This document shows positions 10,373-20,159 of a DNA stretch of 64,000 bases, piece by piece. A program made the translations under genes and the position numbers. The notes beneath the pieces were generated by a model. The model had not been told where the DNA came from. It saw only the letters and a list, made by a program, of their open reading frames with translations, and searched no databases. This DNA comes from Candidatus Methanoperedenaceae archaeon. Lineage in GTDB: Archaea > Halobacteriota > Methanosarcinia > Methanosarcinales > Methanoperedenaceae. The DNA lies in the NCBI GenBank assembly GCA_963753595.1, contig CAVWCX010000024.1, positions 96,001 to 160,000 on the forward strand, written 5' to 3'. Positions within the stretch are counted from its first letter, which is position 1; each line of letters opens with the position of its first letter.

Positions 10373-10588
10373 ATGATACATGGAAGTAAGCAAGAAGATG
10401 ATATGAAAGCGCGTAAAGATGGAACAGTACCACCTTTTAGACCAGATCCAAATTCAGAAAAGCATGTGGTTTGTAAACATTGTGGTGAAAAATATAAGGA
10501 AAATGAGATAAAGTGGAATCCCAAAACCGGTACCTGGGTCTGCAAACACCATCCAAAATGCGATGGCGTGGGCTGGCTTCCGTTTTAA
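10373..10588 (+). CDS. Small zinc-ribbon protein
   Basis: CKHC...WVCKHHPKC; the start may be at the second Met. Confidence 0.6.
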   Translation: MIHGSKQEDDMKARKDGTVPPFRPDPNSEKHVVCKHCGEKYKENEIKWNPKTGTWVCKHHPKCDGVGWLPF

Positions 10589-10700
10589 ATGGGTTTTTCT
10601 GTTTTCCTTTGATAATTTGCAAGCATTTATTCCCGATTAAATCCCATATGATGAATTGGTATATGAACGAATCAAAGGTATAATTGGGAGGGTTATCTGA

Positions 10701-11450
10701 TTGGAATCCATTATTCAGGTAAGGGATCTTACCAAAGCGTTCAAATCAAGAAAAGCTAAAATAACAGCAGTGGACCATATCAGTTTTGATGTGAACAAAG
10801 GAGAGATTTTCGGGATGATCGGACCTAACGGCGCGGGCAAATCCACCACATTTGCCATGATGACCACATTAATAAAACCCACAAGCGGCAGTATAAAGGT
10901 TGCAGGTTTTGATGCTGTAAACGAAGATGAGAGGATAAGACCAGTCATAGGTATAGTTCCACAGAAGCAGAGCCTTTACCCGGACCTTACCGCCAGGGAG
11001 AACCTTGAGCTTATGGGCAACCTTTATGATGTTCCAAAAAAACTCATGGAAGAAAGGATCGAGTATTACCTGAAACTGGTCCATCTTGAAACTCATGCGG
11101 ACCGTTTTACGGGCGGCTTCTCCGGGGGGATGAAGCAGCGCCTTTCCGTGATCAGCGCGGTGATACATGACCCACAGATAATCTTCTGGGATGAACCAAC
11201 GACGGGCCTTGACCCGCAAACAAGGCAAGCCATCTGGAAACTTGCACGGAAGTTCAATTCGGAAGGAAAAACCCTTATTTTCACTACACATTACATGGAT
11301 GAGGCAGATAAATTCTGCGACAGGGTCGCGATAATGAATGCCGGTAAACTGATGGCCCTTGACACCCCCGGGAACCTGAAAAAAACATCAAACAGTGAGA
11401 GTCTTGAAGATGTTTTTATTCACCTGACAGGCGAGGAGATACGTGATTGA
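10701..11450 (+). CDS. ABC transporter ATP-binding protein
   Basis: GPNGAGKS, FSGGMKQRL, DEPTTGLD; TTG start after a GGAGG RBS. Confidence 0.95.
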   Translation: MESIIQVRDLTKAFKSRKAKITAVDHISFDVNKGEIFGMIGPNGAGKSTTFAMMTTLIKPTSGSIKVAGFDAVNEDERIRPVIGIVPQKQSLYPDLTARENLELMGNLYDVPKKLMEERIEYYLKLVHLETHADRFTGGFSGGMKQRLSVISAVIHDPQIIFWDEPTTGLDPQTRQAIWKLARKFNSEGKTLIFTTHYMDEADKFCDRVAIMNAGKLMALDTPGNLKKTSNSESLEDVFIHLTGEEIRD

Positions 11451-12564
11451 AATGGATATCAAAACAGAGCTTAGAAAATCCTGGATAATTATGATCAAAG
11501 AGTTTAAACAGATCCTGAGGAAAAAAGCATTCATGATACCGCTATTTTTGTTCCCCATTGTCATGATAATTTTTTTTGGGTACGGCATGGGTGGAACAGT
11601 CAAAAATGTCAATATTCTAGTCATAAACGACGACACAGGTACGGCTTCAAGTTCGCTTGTCCAGGAAATCGGAAACTTCATCCCCAAATATGGCGATGTC
11701 AAAATGTTCTCCATAATTTATACGAAGGATATGGGGCAATCCGAGGCTGAGAAGAAAATAGACGCGGGATTGTATAAAGCAGTTCTCATCATTCCATCGG
11801 ATTACAGCGAGCGCGTGGCAAGAAATGAGAGCGTGACCCTGACGCTCCTGACCGACTCCTCAGATACCACATCAAGCGGCATAATCATTAATTTCATGAA
11901 GCAGTTATTTGCAGGAATATCAAATTCGCGTGTTTCGTTGAAAATTCCCGATATTTACGGCAAACTACAGTACATTGATTTCCTCACACCTGCAATAATT
12001 GCCCTTACGGTGTTCATCGGTACTATCCAGACCATGGGTTATGCGATAGCAGGAGAGAGGCAGGACGGTACCCTTGTTCGCATTATGATGACGCCTGTGA
12101 GCCGTGGAGCCGTAATTCTGGGTAAGACTTTACACCAGCTTGTATTGCAGCTGGCAAGGGCTTTGGTACTGATAGTTGCCGCAATTGTTCTTCTCGGGGT
12201 TAAGATGAACGGGAGCTGGCTGCTTGTTGCCCTGGTCCTGATCATCTTCACATTTGGCGCGGTAGGTCTTGGAATTGCCATATCTGCCGTATCAGAGGAC
12301 ATGATATCTTTCCAGGCGATAAGCATGTTAGTTGCTTTTCCTTCGATGTTTGCAACAGGAGTATTCTATCCTTTAAGCTCTGTTCCGGACTGGATGCGCT
12401 GGATAGCATATTTTGTGCCTCTTACTTACGCTAATGATGCAATGCGTACTATTATGGTCAAGGGGCAGGGTCTGGCCTTTATAGCTAATGATTTGATCAT
12501 ACTTCTTTTCTTTGCGGTTTTTTATTTTGGTTTAGGTGTTTACCTTTTCAGGAGGGAAGCATAA
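11443..12564 (+). CDS. ABC-2 permease with extracellular domain
   Basis: TM, large loop, then ER..GTL.RI..TPV and P..SVP.W...IA...PLTYA.DA.R. Confidence 0.92.
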   Translation: MIEMDIKTELRKSWIIMIKEFKQILRKKAFMIPLFLFPIVMIIFFGYGMGGTVKNVNILVINDDTGTASSSLVQEIGNFIPKYGDVKMFSIIYTKDMGQSEAEKKIDAGLYKAVLIIPSDYSERVARNESVTLTLLTDSSDTTSSGIIINFMKQLFAGISNSRVSLKIPDIYGKLQYIDFLTPAIIALTVFIGTIQTMGYAIAGERQDGTLVRIMMTPVSRGAVILGKTLHQLVLQLARALVLIVAAIVLLGVKMNGSWLLVALVLIIFTFGAVGLGIAISAVSEDMISFQAISMLVAFPSMFATGVFYPLSSVPDWMRWIAYFVPLTYANDAMRTIMVKGQGLAFIANDLIILLFFAVFYFGLGVYLFRREA

Positions 12565-13572
12565 ATGAAGAAAATAATGAGCATATCATATATTTTACTA
12601 TATATTTCAGTGTATCTTTCAGTCATAATTTCAGGTGCAGCCGGAGCCTATGATTCCCCGCAAACTTATATAATGCCAAGGAGCTTTGAATTCTCAAAAA
12701 ATTACTATAACGTTTATGGGAGTCCGGATATCCAGGCCACGATCATCGGCAGCAATGAATTTGAACGAGGACAGACTGTTACCTTGCTTATCGATCTTAT
12801 GAACAGGGGAAAGTTCCTTGGATTTGATGCAGACAACAGGCCTTCAAATGATAATGAAATATATACCGCAAAGACTGAGATCAAACTTGAAGATAAAATA
12901 GTGGATGCTACAGGGATATCCGCATCGCTGTCGGCATATCCTGGAAGCCCTTTAGAGGTAAAATCCATAAGCCAGCAGGTTGGTTCCATAAGAAGCGGGC
13001 AGAATTCAATTGCGCCCGTGAAATTCGACATTAAGATCGATAAAAAGGCAAAGGCTGGAGAATATACCCTCCTGCTTGACCTCACATACGATTACCAGCA
13101 AAACGTCCAGATAATAGATGCCAATGCCACGCAGCAAACCTATGATGCAAATTACTGGTATGGGATGATGAAGCAGAACCAGACTTTAAAGATCAAAGTG
13201 AAAAAACAGGCACAATTCGAGATCATAAGAGCAAATGGCAGTCTTGTTCCAGGAAGTTCCGGCACAATAGAGATCGCTATCAAGAACACCGGGGAAGAAG
13301 AAGCAAGAGATGTAAAGGCCATAATCACACCTTCTGATCCGATAAGCACCACTGATGATAAGGCATACCTCTATAAAATGGAACCTGGTGACGTGGCTAT
13401 ATCATCATTTACGATCACAGCTGACAGTAAAGCCGTGAATAAAACATATGCTATAGACACAGTCCTTCGATACCAGACACCGGAAGGGGATATCAAATAT
13501 TCCGATATATTGATGGCTCCTGTACCTGTAAGAGAAGTCGGGTTATTTGAAAGGCTGTTCGGATGGATTTAG
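12565..13572 (+). CDS. COG1361-like S-layer/Ig-fold secreted protein
   Basis: Signal peptide, AKAGEY.L.L...Y.Y and I.N.G.E.A.DV.A CARDB-like repeats; abuts the permease. Confidence 0.75.
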   Translation: MKKIMSISYILLYISVYLSVIISGAAGAYDSPQTYIMPRSFEFSKNYYNVYGSPDIQATIIGSNEFERGQTVTLLIDLMNRGKFLGFDADNRPSNDNEIYTAKTEIKLEDKIVDATGISASLSAYPGSPLEVKSISQQVGSIRSGQNSIAPVKFDIKIDKKAKAGEYTLLLDLTYDYQQNVQIIDANATQQTYDANYWYGMMKQNQTLKIKVKKQAQFEIIRANGSLVPGSSGTIEIAIKNTGEEEARDVKAIITPSDPISTTDDKAYLYKMEPGDVAISSFTITADSKAVNKTYAIDTVLRYQTPEGDIKYSDILMAPVPVREVGLFERLFGWI

Positions 13573-13673
13573 GAAAAGAATTCGGAAAAGTTATATAGGA
13601 ATTATAACGATTCACCCCATACTTCCCGGCTATGTAATATTTTACTTTAAGGGGAGAAAATGGAGGACAATAT

Positions 13674-14108
13674 ATGAATAATAAAAGAGTAGCTGTATTG
13701 CTTTTGGTTATAATAGTAATTCTAGGAGTATCGGCATCTTTCGCGAAGGTCGAGTATCAGGGAAGTCTTACGCAAGTGTATGGCACAGGTTCATGTGACA
13801 CCTGCCATGTTGATGGTCCAAAGGACGGGCCGCGTACCGCTTATGGAACTTTATTCGAGAACCAGACAAATCACGCTAAAGATTCCGTTGCTGCCCTGAA
13901 AACCATAGGAGCGCCGCCAACAGCAGCTCTTGTGGAAACTGGCACTTCCGCAGCAACAGCAACATTGACAGCAACACCTGAAGTTACTACAGCAGCAGCA
14001 AAAACTACAGAAACAACTACAGAAACTGCAAAGTCACCAGGCTTCGGAATAATAGTCTCTATGGTTGGATTAATTGCCTGGGCTCTTTTTGAAAGGCGTA
14101 AAAATTAA
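13674..14108 (+). CDS. PGF-CTERM surface protein with a single CxxCH heme-binding motif
   Basis: Signal peptide, CDTCH, Thr/Ala-rich linker, KSPGF plus TM and RRKN tail. Confidence 0.85.
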   Translation: MNNKRVAVLLLVIIVILGVSASFAKVEYQGSLTQVYGTGSCDTCHVDGPKDGPRTAYGTLFENQTNHAKDSVAALKTIGAPPTAALVETGTSAATATLTATPEVTTAAAKTTETTTETAKSPGFGIIVSMVGLIAWALFERRKN

Positions 14109-14112
14109 ATGA

Positions 14113-14148
14113 TTGAGGCAAATATTGCCTCAACTTACTTTATTTTGT
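14113..14148 (+). terminator. Hairpin plus T-rich tract
   Basis: ttgaggcaa-ata-ttgcctcaa followed by cttacttttattttg, immediately after the stop codon. Confidence 0.5.
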
Positions 14149-14183
14149 CAGTATCTTATTGATTAATATATATTAAATACATA

Positions 14184-15056
14184 TTGTTATTCATGGCAAA
14201 AGACAGACATGTTATGGAAGCACTCGGAAAAACCCGGGTAGTTGTTGAGAACGGAAAAGTCATTGAAGTCAGTGAACCTCAGACAGAATATTGCCCGATA
14301 TTCGATAAGGTGCGCGGGATAAAGAAATTCACTTCAAAGACCGCAAAGGAAAATATCGAGTTCAGGATAAAGGATTTCGGCCTTTTCACAAAGGACAGGG
14401 CTATTGAAATGGAAATATTCGTCGGGTTCGGGGCAAGCGAGACATTCATGACAGGATTGCGCCGGGGTCTTATTGATACCAGTGTGACCGCATGCGATGG
14501 CGCAGGCACTGTGATCACGAGCAATCCAAAACTGGCGCAGGGTATGGGTTCCCGCATTTCAGGACTGTCAGAGACAACGCCTATTCCGAAGCTTATTGAA
14601 CGGATACAGGAAGTCAATGGAATCGTTCTTAATCCTGCAACGGCTGCTCTTGACCAGGTGGCAGGCGTGAAAAAAGCGATAGAAATGGGTTATAAAAAAA
14701 TAGGGGTTTCCGTAACAAATGCCAGGGATGTCCGGGAAATGAGGGCTCTTGAGAAAAAATATAATGTCCAGGTGATCGCATTCGGTGTCCATACTACAGG
14801 TATGCCTGAGAATGAGGCAAAAGAATTCGTAGACCTTGTGGATATGACCACAGGATGTACTTCAAAATGGATACGCGGCTGCGTGGGCGGAAAAACCATT
14901 GCCCAATTCGGTACTGCGATCCCCATATTTGCAATAACACAATGCGGCAAAGAGATGCTGCTTGAGCGGGCAAAAGAAGTAACTGATCCGATCCTGATAA
15001 ATACGATGAAACTGCCTGTGCAGCCGGATGAGAAGCAGCCAAGGCCGCTGATTTAA
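14184..15056 (+). CDS. Methanogenesis marker protein 8 (DUF2099)
   Basis: DRHVMEALGKTRVV, YCP.F, FGASE, ACDGAGTVI, VHTTG. The true start is probably the ATG at 14193. Confidence 0.9.
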   Translation: MLFMAKDRHVMEALGKTRVVVENGKVIEVSEPQTEYCPIFDKVRGIKKFTSKTAKENIEFRIKDFGLFTKDRAIEMEIFVGFGASETFMTGLRRGLIDTSVTACDGAGTVITSNPKLAQGMGSRISGLSETTPIPKLIERIQEVNGIVLNPATAALDQVAGVKKAIEMGYKKIGVSVTNARDVREMRALEKKYNVQVIAFGVHTTGMPENEAKEFVDLVDMTTGCTSKWIRGCVGGKTIAQFGTAIPIFAITQCGKEMLLERAKEVTDPILINTMKLPVQPDEKQPRPLI

Positions 15057-15074
15057 AATGAATAGAAAAAAACA

Positions 15075-15138
15075 ACGAACTAAACGAACTGTTACGAACT
15101 CCGGCAGCATGAGTTCGTTTCAGTTCGTACAAGTTATT
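15075..15138. repeat. Periodic-arm palindromic element
   Basis: Three ACGAACT units (15075, 15084, 15094), a loop, then AGTTCGT at 15112 and 15122 and a degenerate unit at 15132. Confidence 0.7.
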
Positions 15139-15221
15139 TGTTAATTTTTTTTATACAGGGCACAAAGCAGAGCTTGTGTTTTGATGGAGTTTATCGCTTT
15201 TTTGAGCGGAGAAAAGCGATC

Positions 15222-15727
15222 TTAAAAAGATGTATTAAAAATCTCCTTCATTTCCAAAATCTCTTTCATATGCTTTGTATCCAATCCATTTCTTTTACAT
15301 ATACCAAATAATGGAAAGTCATCTGTAAGGACTAAAGCATCATTTTCCTTTGCTGCCATAATAATTGAGACATCGGTAAATCCAAATTTAGCTAATTCTT
15401 GAGAACCAAGAATATCATTCTTAGGAATATATTTTTCACAAACTTTTTCAAGTAGTGCTTTATTTTTTCCAATAATTTCGGAGAACGTATCGGAGTTATT
15501 TTTTAGCTCTTTTGCAAAATTCGATACTTCAGCTAATATTTGCGGCGTTACTATTACTCTCCTTGTCGCCACAAATTGAAATAGCAAATCAAAATCATCC
15601 GAATCATATTTAGAGAGTCTTTTGAAACCTTTTATGATGCTTTTATCATAGGATCCAATTAAAAGTAATAATAATGGACTGGTATCAGTGATAATTGTTT
15701 TTTCCTAGTCTTTAATTTCTTCGACAT
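15222..15727 (-). pseudogene. PIN-domain protein lacking an in-frame start (frameshift in an A6 run, or amber-fused to the upstream ORF)
   Basis: PIN motifs IITDTSPLL, ILAEVSN, GFTD.SI and LTDD..L. The N-terminal motif lies 5' of the first in-frame start, and the ATG at 15727 is one base out of frame. Confidence 0.7.
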
Positions 15728-15929
15728 AAAGTATTTCTCCAGTGTCATTAGAGACTCCTATCTCATATGATATTGGTTCTTCGTCGAAGACATTCTGGAC
15801 ATCGCATTCAACAATCCACTCATCTTCTTCTTCTTCATACCTAACATTTCTGACATCAAATATGAACTTGATTTTTTTAATGCTCTCAAAGTATTCTCTC
15901 ACTGCCATAGTGGCTTCTGTTGCGTCCAT
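15705..15929 (-). CDS. Small acidic PepSY-like protein, likely partner of the PIN gene
   Basis: A..AV.EYF helix, beta strands W.VE, Y.I.V...TGEIL. Confidence 0.65.
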   Translation of the reverse strand: MDATEATMAVREYFESIKKIKFIFDVRNVRYEEEEDEWIVECDVQNVFDEEPISYEIGVSNDTGEILYVEEIKD

Positions 15930-16036
15930 TATATCACCTTGAGTCTTGGATTGTTATTTTGTCGTATATAAGTTCCTAATGGTAAACATCCTTCTGGCAA
16001 TTACTTATTTATTTCTAAAAAACCTATTATCGGCAA

Positions 16037-17281
16037 ATGCCTACCATAAGTGAAAAAATACTTTCCCGCGCTTCAGGTAAACCTGCGCTGGCTGATGATT
16101 TTGTAATAGCTGACATAGATTATGCGATGGCGCATGACGGGACAAGTATCCTTGCCGTGAAGGCCTTCAAGGAAATGGGTGTGAAGAAAGTATGGAAACC
16201 TGACAGGATAATTATTCCATTTGACCACATAGCGCCAGCCAATAATGAAACTGCGGCAAAACTTCACAAAAGCACAAGGCAGTGGATAAAAGAACAGGGG
16301 ATCACAAATTTCTTCGATGTTGGCGAAGGTATCTGCCACCAGGTCCTTCCTGAGCAGGGTTTTGCCATGCCTGGAAAACTCATAATCGGAGCTGATTCGC
16401 ATTCATGCACTTACGGCGCCTTCGGGGCTTTTGCAACAGGGGTCGGTGCTACTGATATGGCTGAGATATTCGCAAGCGGCAAATTGTGGCTGCGTGTCCC
16501 GCAAACAATAAAGATCACGGTGGAAGGAAAACTCGCAAAAGGCGTATCAGCAAAGGACATGACACTTTTCATAATTAAGAATGTTGGGGCTGACGGGGCT
16601 AATTATAAAGCGATCGAATATTACGGAAGCGCTATCAGTGAACTGTCAATGTCAGAACGCATGACCCTTTGCAACATGTCAATAGAGATGGGAGCAAAGA
16701 CGGGCATCGTGCCTGCTGATGAAAAAACGTTTGAATACCTGGAAGGGCGATCTCGTGAAAAATTCGATGCTGTTTATGCAGATAAGGATGCGAAATATTG
16801 CGATGAATATAATTTCGATGCAGGAGACATTGAACCGCAAATTGCAAAACCGCATGAGGTGGATAATGTATCTGGAGTTGGAACACTTCTGGGCACGCCG
16901 CTTGACCAGGTTTTCATAGGCTCATGCACGAACGGGAGATTTGAGGACCTGGAAGTTGTGGCAAATATCCTTTCCGGGAAAAAGGTAAAAGTCAGGACAA
17001 TCGTGCTTCCTGCATCGCGTTCTGTCCTTATAAAAGCAACTGAATCGGGTATCATTTCCACTCTTCTTAAAGCCGGCGCCATTATCGCGCCGCCCGGCTG
17101 CGGACCCTGTCTTGGCGCCCATATGGGTGTAATATGCGAGGGCGAAACATGCCTCTCCACATCCAACCGCAATTTCAAGGGCAGGATGGGGGCTGGCGGG
17201 TTGATTTATCTCTCTTCGCCTGAGACTGCGGCGGCAAGCGCGCTGAAAGGGGAGATCGCAGACCCGAGAGATGTTGTTTGA
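16037..17281 (+). CDS. Homoaconitase / 3-isopropylmalate dehydratase large subunit
   Basis: [43 protein letters not shown]. Confidence 0.96.
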   Translation: MPTISEKILSRASGKPALADDFVIADIDYAMAHDGTSILAVKAFKEMGVKKVWKPDRIIIPFDHIAPANNETAAKLHKSTRQWIKEQGITNFFDVGEGICHQVLPEQGFAMPGKLIIGADSHSCTYGAFGAFATGVGATDMAEIFASGKLWLRVPQTIKITVEGKLAKGVSAKDMTLFIIKNVGADGANYKAIEYYGSAISELSMSERMTLCNMSIEMGAKTGIVPADEKTFEYLEGRSREKFDAVYADKDAKYCDEYNFDAGDIEPQIAKPHEVDNVSGVGTLLGTPLDQVFIGSCTNGRFEDLEVVANILSGKKVKVRTIVLPASRSVLIKATESGIISTLLKAGAIIAPPGCGPCLGAHMGVICEGETCLSTSNRNFKGRMGAGGLIYLSSPETAAASALKGEIADPRDVV

Positions 17282-17293
17282 AATCAGGAAATA

Positions 17294-18067
17294 TTAGCCG
17301 TTTTTCCGTTTTTTGCGATAATCCATAATTACGAGTAGTGCAACTACAAACAGGCATCCAAGAAGGAATAAGAGTCCGGGGTGTGCATTGATCGTGTTTG
17401 CCAGACTTGTGAATATATCCGGCGCTGCCTTGCTTATTGCGCCATTATCCAGGGGCTGTACAGGAACACCAGTAGTAGCATTGGCATCCAGTGCATTTAT
17501 TGATGTAATGGCAGCGACATCTCCACTTTTTACAGTCTCATTGATAATACTTACAGGAGTGGATGTAATAGCAGGTGCCTGAATGGCCTTAGAGGCAACA
17601 GGCAATGAATATGATTCAGTTGTTACTTGCATCTCGTCAGCGTTTCTTCCAATGTTTCTCATGAACAATTCGATCAAACCTGAAGCAAACACTGCTGCCA
17701 ATATTACCCCCAGGTACTTCCTGAGCATATCACCGACAGATTTCCTGTCTGTCTTTTCAGGCAATAAAACGATGAGTTTTCTAACAGGAGCATAGATCTT
17801 TACCTCCCTTCCCTTTTCGCTATATTTTATCTTATCGATCTTTATCAGTCCAACGCTCTCCAGATTCTCAAGGTTGTAAGCGATGGTCGTAAGGGGTATC
17901 TGCAGACTCTGTGCAATATCTGAGGCGGAAAGAGGCGCATCAGCCAGAAGCTCGAGTATCTGCCTTGCTGTATCGTTTGAGATTACCTGCGTCATCTTCC
18001 TGGATTCTTCTCCAAGCGGCAGTATTATGAGCTTTTCGTCACCCGTATATTTTTCATTTTCTGGCAT
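17294..18067 (-). CDS. Membrane-anchored ArsR-like wHTH transcription factor with two TM helices
   Basis: TARQILELL...SASDIA..L..PLTTI.YNLENL...GLI, SEKGREVKIY; TM1 YLGVILAAVFASGLIELFM, low-complexity loop, TM2 LLFLLGCLFVVALLVI and a basic tail. Confidence 0.88.
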   Translation of the reverse strand: MPENEKYTGDEKLIILPLGEESRKMTQVISNDTARQILELLADAPLSASDIAQSLQIPLTTIAYNLENLESVGLIKIDKIKYSEKGREVKIYAPVRKLIVLLPEKTDRKSVGDMLRKYLGVILAAVFASGLIELFMRNIGRNADEMQVTTESYSLPVASKAIQAPAITSTPVSIINETVKSGDVAAITSINALDANATTGVPVQPLDNGAISKAAPDIFTSLANTINAHPGLLFLLGCLFVVALLVIMDYRKKRKNG

Positions 18068-18111
18068 TGTTATTATTAATAGGCAAGGATATTAAAAGAG
18101 ATTGCTATAAC

Positions 18112-18127
18112 TACGAATGTATTCGTA
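18112..18127. promoter_or_regulatory. Palindromic operator candidate in the divergent promoter
   Basis: TACGAAT-GT-ATTCGTA perfect 7-2-7 inverted repeat between the two divergent regulator genes. Confidence 0.55.
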
Positions 18128-18216
18128 CCAAAAACAGCCTGTTAAATCCACTTCGTTATTTGACGATGCCAGTTTCGTTAGTTTTATATGCCATCAAATC
18201 TATACCTCGGTTTAAT

Positions 18217-19014
18217 ATGACTGAAAAAGCAGATATTGCTTCGACTCCGGTGTCTCCTACTTCTGGTAATCCTCCATTAATGAACGGTTCTTATCATGAC
18301 CTGAAGAACAGACTGGCTGAAAAAATGGCAGGCGAGATAACTTTATCGGATAATCCCGGTGATACATTAAAGAAATGGCGGGCAGGCTTTGATATCTCAC
18401 AATCAGACCTTGCTTCTTTTCTCAAAGTCTCCCCATCCGTTATAAGCGATTATGAAAGCGGAAGGAGAAAATCCCCTGGAATTTTCATTGTAAGCAAGAT
18501 AGTAGAAGCAATACTTGAAATGGATACTGCGCGCGGCGGTGCAAAAATCCGTACTTATGAAGGAATGCTCCGGGGTGGTTTTAGCGCTGATGCCATTTAT
18601 GATATTCATGAGTATCTTTCCCCAATGTCCATAGAAGAACTCATAAAACTCGTGAATGGGGAAGTGGTTTACAGCCCTCCCGCTGAACTTGTAAAACCAT
18701 TGTACGGTTATACAATTGTGGACAGCTTAAGAGCGATCCTCCAGCTATCTTACAATGAATTCCAGAAGTTATATGGCTGGAGCTCCGAAAGGGCCATGAT
18801 CTTCACCCAGGTATCAACAGGAAGATCTCCCATGGTTGCCCTGAGAGTAACAAACCTGAAGCCTGCGTTGGTAGTCATTCATGGAATTCCGGCATCTCAG
18901 GTGGACAAAATAGCAGCAAAGATTGCAGAGATCGAACATGTTCCGCTTATTGCGACGGTTATGCCAATGCCGGACCTGATCCGCGCTCTTGCATCTCATG
19001 ACCTTAAACATTAA
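18217..19014 (+). CDS. XRE-HTH/DRTGG-like archaeal regulator (COG1709-type)
   Basis: AGEITLS..PG.TLKKWR..F.ISQ.DLA, SVISDYESGRRKSPG, VSTGRSPMVA.RV. Start moved to ATG 18217, about 30 nt after a TTTATAT box. Confidence 0.88.
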   Translation: MTEKADIASTPVSPTSGNPPLMNGSYHDLKNRLAEKMAGEITLSDNPGDTLKKWRAGFDISQSDLASFLKVSPSVISDYESGRRKSPGIFIVSKIVEAILEMDTARGGAKIRTYEGMLRGGFSADAIYDIHEYLSPMSIEELIKLVNGEVVYSPPAELVKPLYGYTIVDSLRAILQLSYNEFQKLYGWSSERAMIFTQVSTGRSPMVALRVTNLKPALVVIHGIPASQVDKIAAKIAEIEHVPLIATVMPMPDLIRALASHDLKH

Positions 19015-19074
19015 TATTATTATCATATTATTAGCAGTATTATTTAATATTTAACAAAAAAAAGGAGTAGAAAA

Positions 19075-20115
19075 ATGAATGTTGGAATCGTTTCATATGG
19101 CGCTTACATACCCAGATACAGGATACGGGTTGAAGAGATAGCAAAGGTATGGGGCGCAAACGCAAATAGTATAATTGATGGGCTTATGGTTTTTGAAAAA
19201 TCAGTGCCGGATCTTGATGAGGACACAATAACGATCGCAGTAGAAGCGGCACGTCATGCAATTATCCGGGCAGGAATTAATCCTGAAAAAATAGGGGCCG
19301 TGTATACAGGTTCGGAAAGCCATCCTTATGCAGTTAAGCCATCAAGCACTGTTGTCGCCGAAGCTATCGGGGCTACACCTGACCTCACGGTCGCTGATTT
19401 TGAGTTCGCATGCAAGGCCGGGACTGCTGCTATCCAGACATGCATGGGTATGGTAGAAACAGGAATGATCGAGCTTGGTATGGCAATCGGTTCCGATGTT
19501 TCACAGGGTGCGCCCGGAGATGCGCTTGAATATACTGCTGCCGCAGGCGGAGTAGCCTATATTATCGGAAAGAAAGACCAGATTGCTAATATCGAAGCCA
19601 CATATTCATACACCACAGATACACCTGACTTCTGGAGAAGGGAAGGAATGCCTTATCCAGAGCACGGGGGAAGATTCACTGGAGAACCAGGATACTTCAA
19701 ACATGTTTCATCTGCTGCCGAGGGCCTTATGAAAAGAATGGGAACAAAGCCTTCAGATTACAATTATGCGATATTCCACCAGCCAAATGGCAAGTTCCCA
19801 ACGCGTGTGGCAAAAATGCTTGGTTTTACCAGTGAGCAGATAAAACCAGGGCTTGTGGTTCCGCGTCTTGGAAATACATATTCAGGTTCTTGTATGATGG
19901 GACTTGCAGCAACCCTTGACATTGCAAAAGCGGGAGACCGGATATTCATGACTTCATTCGGTTCGGGCGCAGGAAGCGATGCTTTCAGCTTTACGGTGAC
20001 AGACAGGATCAATGAAATACGAAATGGAGCGCCGAGCGTTGAAAAATTGCTGGCTGATCCTATATATATCAATTATGCGACCTATGCGAGACATAAAAAT
20101 AAAATTAAGTTATAA
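19075..20115 (+). CDS. hmgB: Hydroxymethylglutaryl-CoA synthase (archaeal)
   Basis: [43 protein letters not shown]. Confidence 0.97.
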   Translation: MNVGIVSYGAYIPRYRIRVEEIAKVWGANANSIIDGLMVFEKSVPDLDEDTITIAVEAARHAIIRAGINPEKIGAVYTGSESHPYAVKPSSTVVAEAIGATPDLTVADFEFACKAGTAAIQTCMGMVETGMIELGMAIGSDVSQGAPGDALEYTAAAGGVAYIIGKKDQIANIEATYSYTTDTPDFWRREGMPYPEHGGRFTGEPGYFKHVSSAAEGLMKRMGTKPSDYNYAIFHQPNGKFPTRVAKMLGFTSEQIKPGLVVPRLGNTYSGSCMMGLAATLDIAKAGDRIFMTSFGSGAGSDAFSFTVTDRINEIRNGAPSVEKLLADPIYINYATYARHKNKIKL

Positions 20116-20159
20116 AATTATATTATAATGTCAAATGAATTAAATTATAAGGTGAAAAA

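Noticed and set aside
15705-15707. Genome-wide TAG recoding to pyrrolysine
   Set aside because: Several full-length genes end in TAG and no pyl genes are in the window; kept only as a local alternative.
18067-18216. N-terminal extension of the COG1709 ORF
   Set aside because: Covers the divergent promoter; ATG 18217 fits the TATA spacing better.
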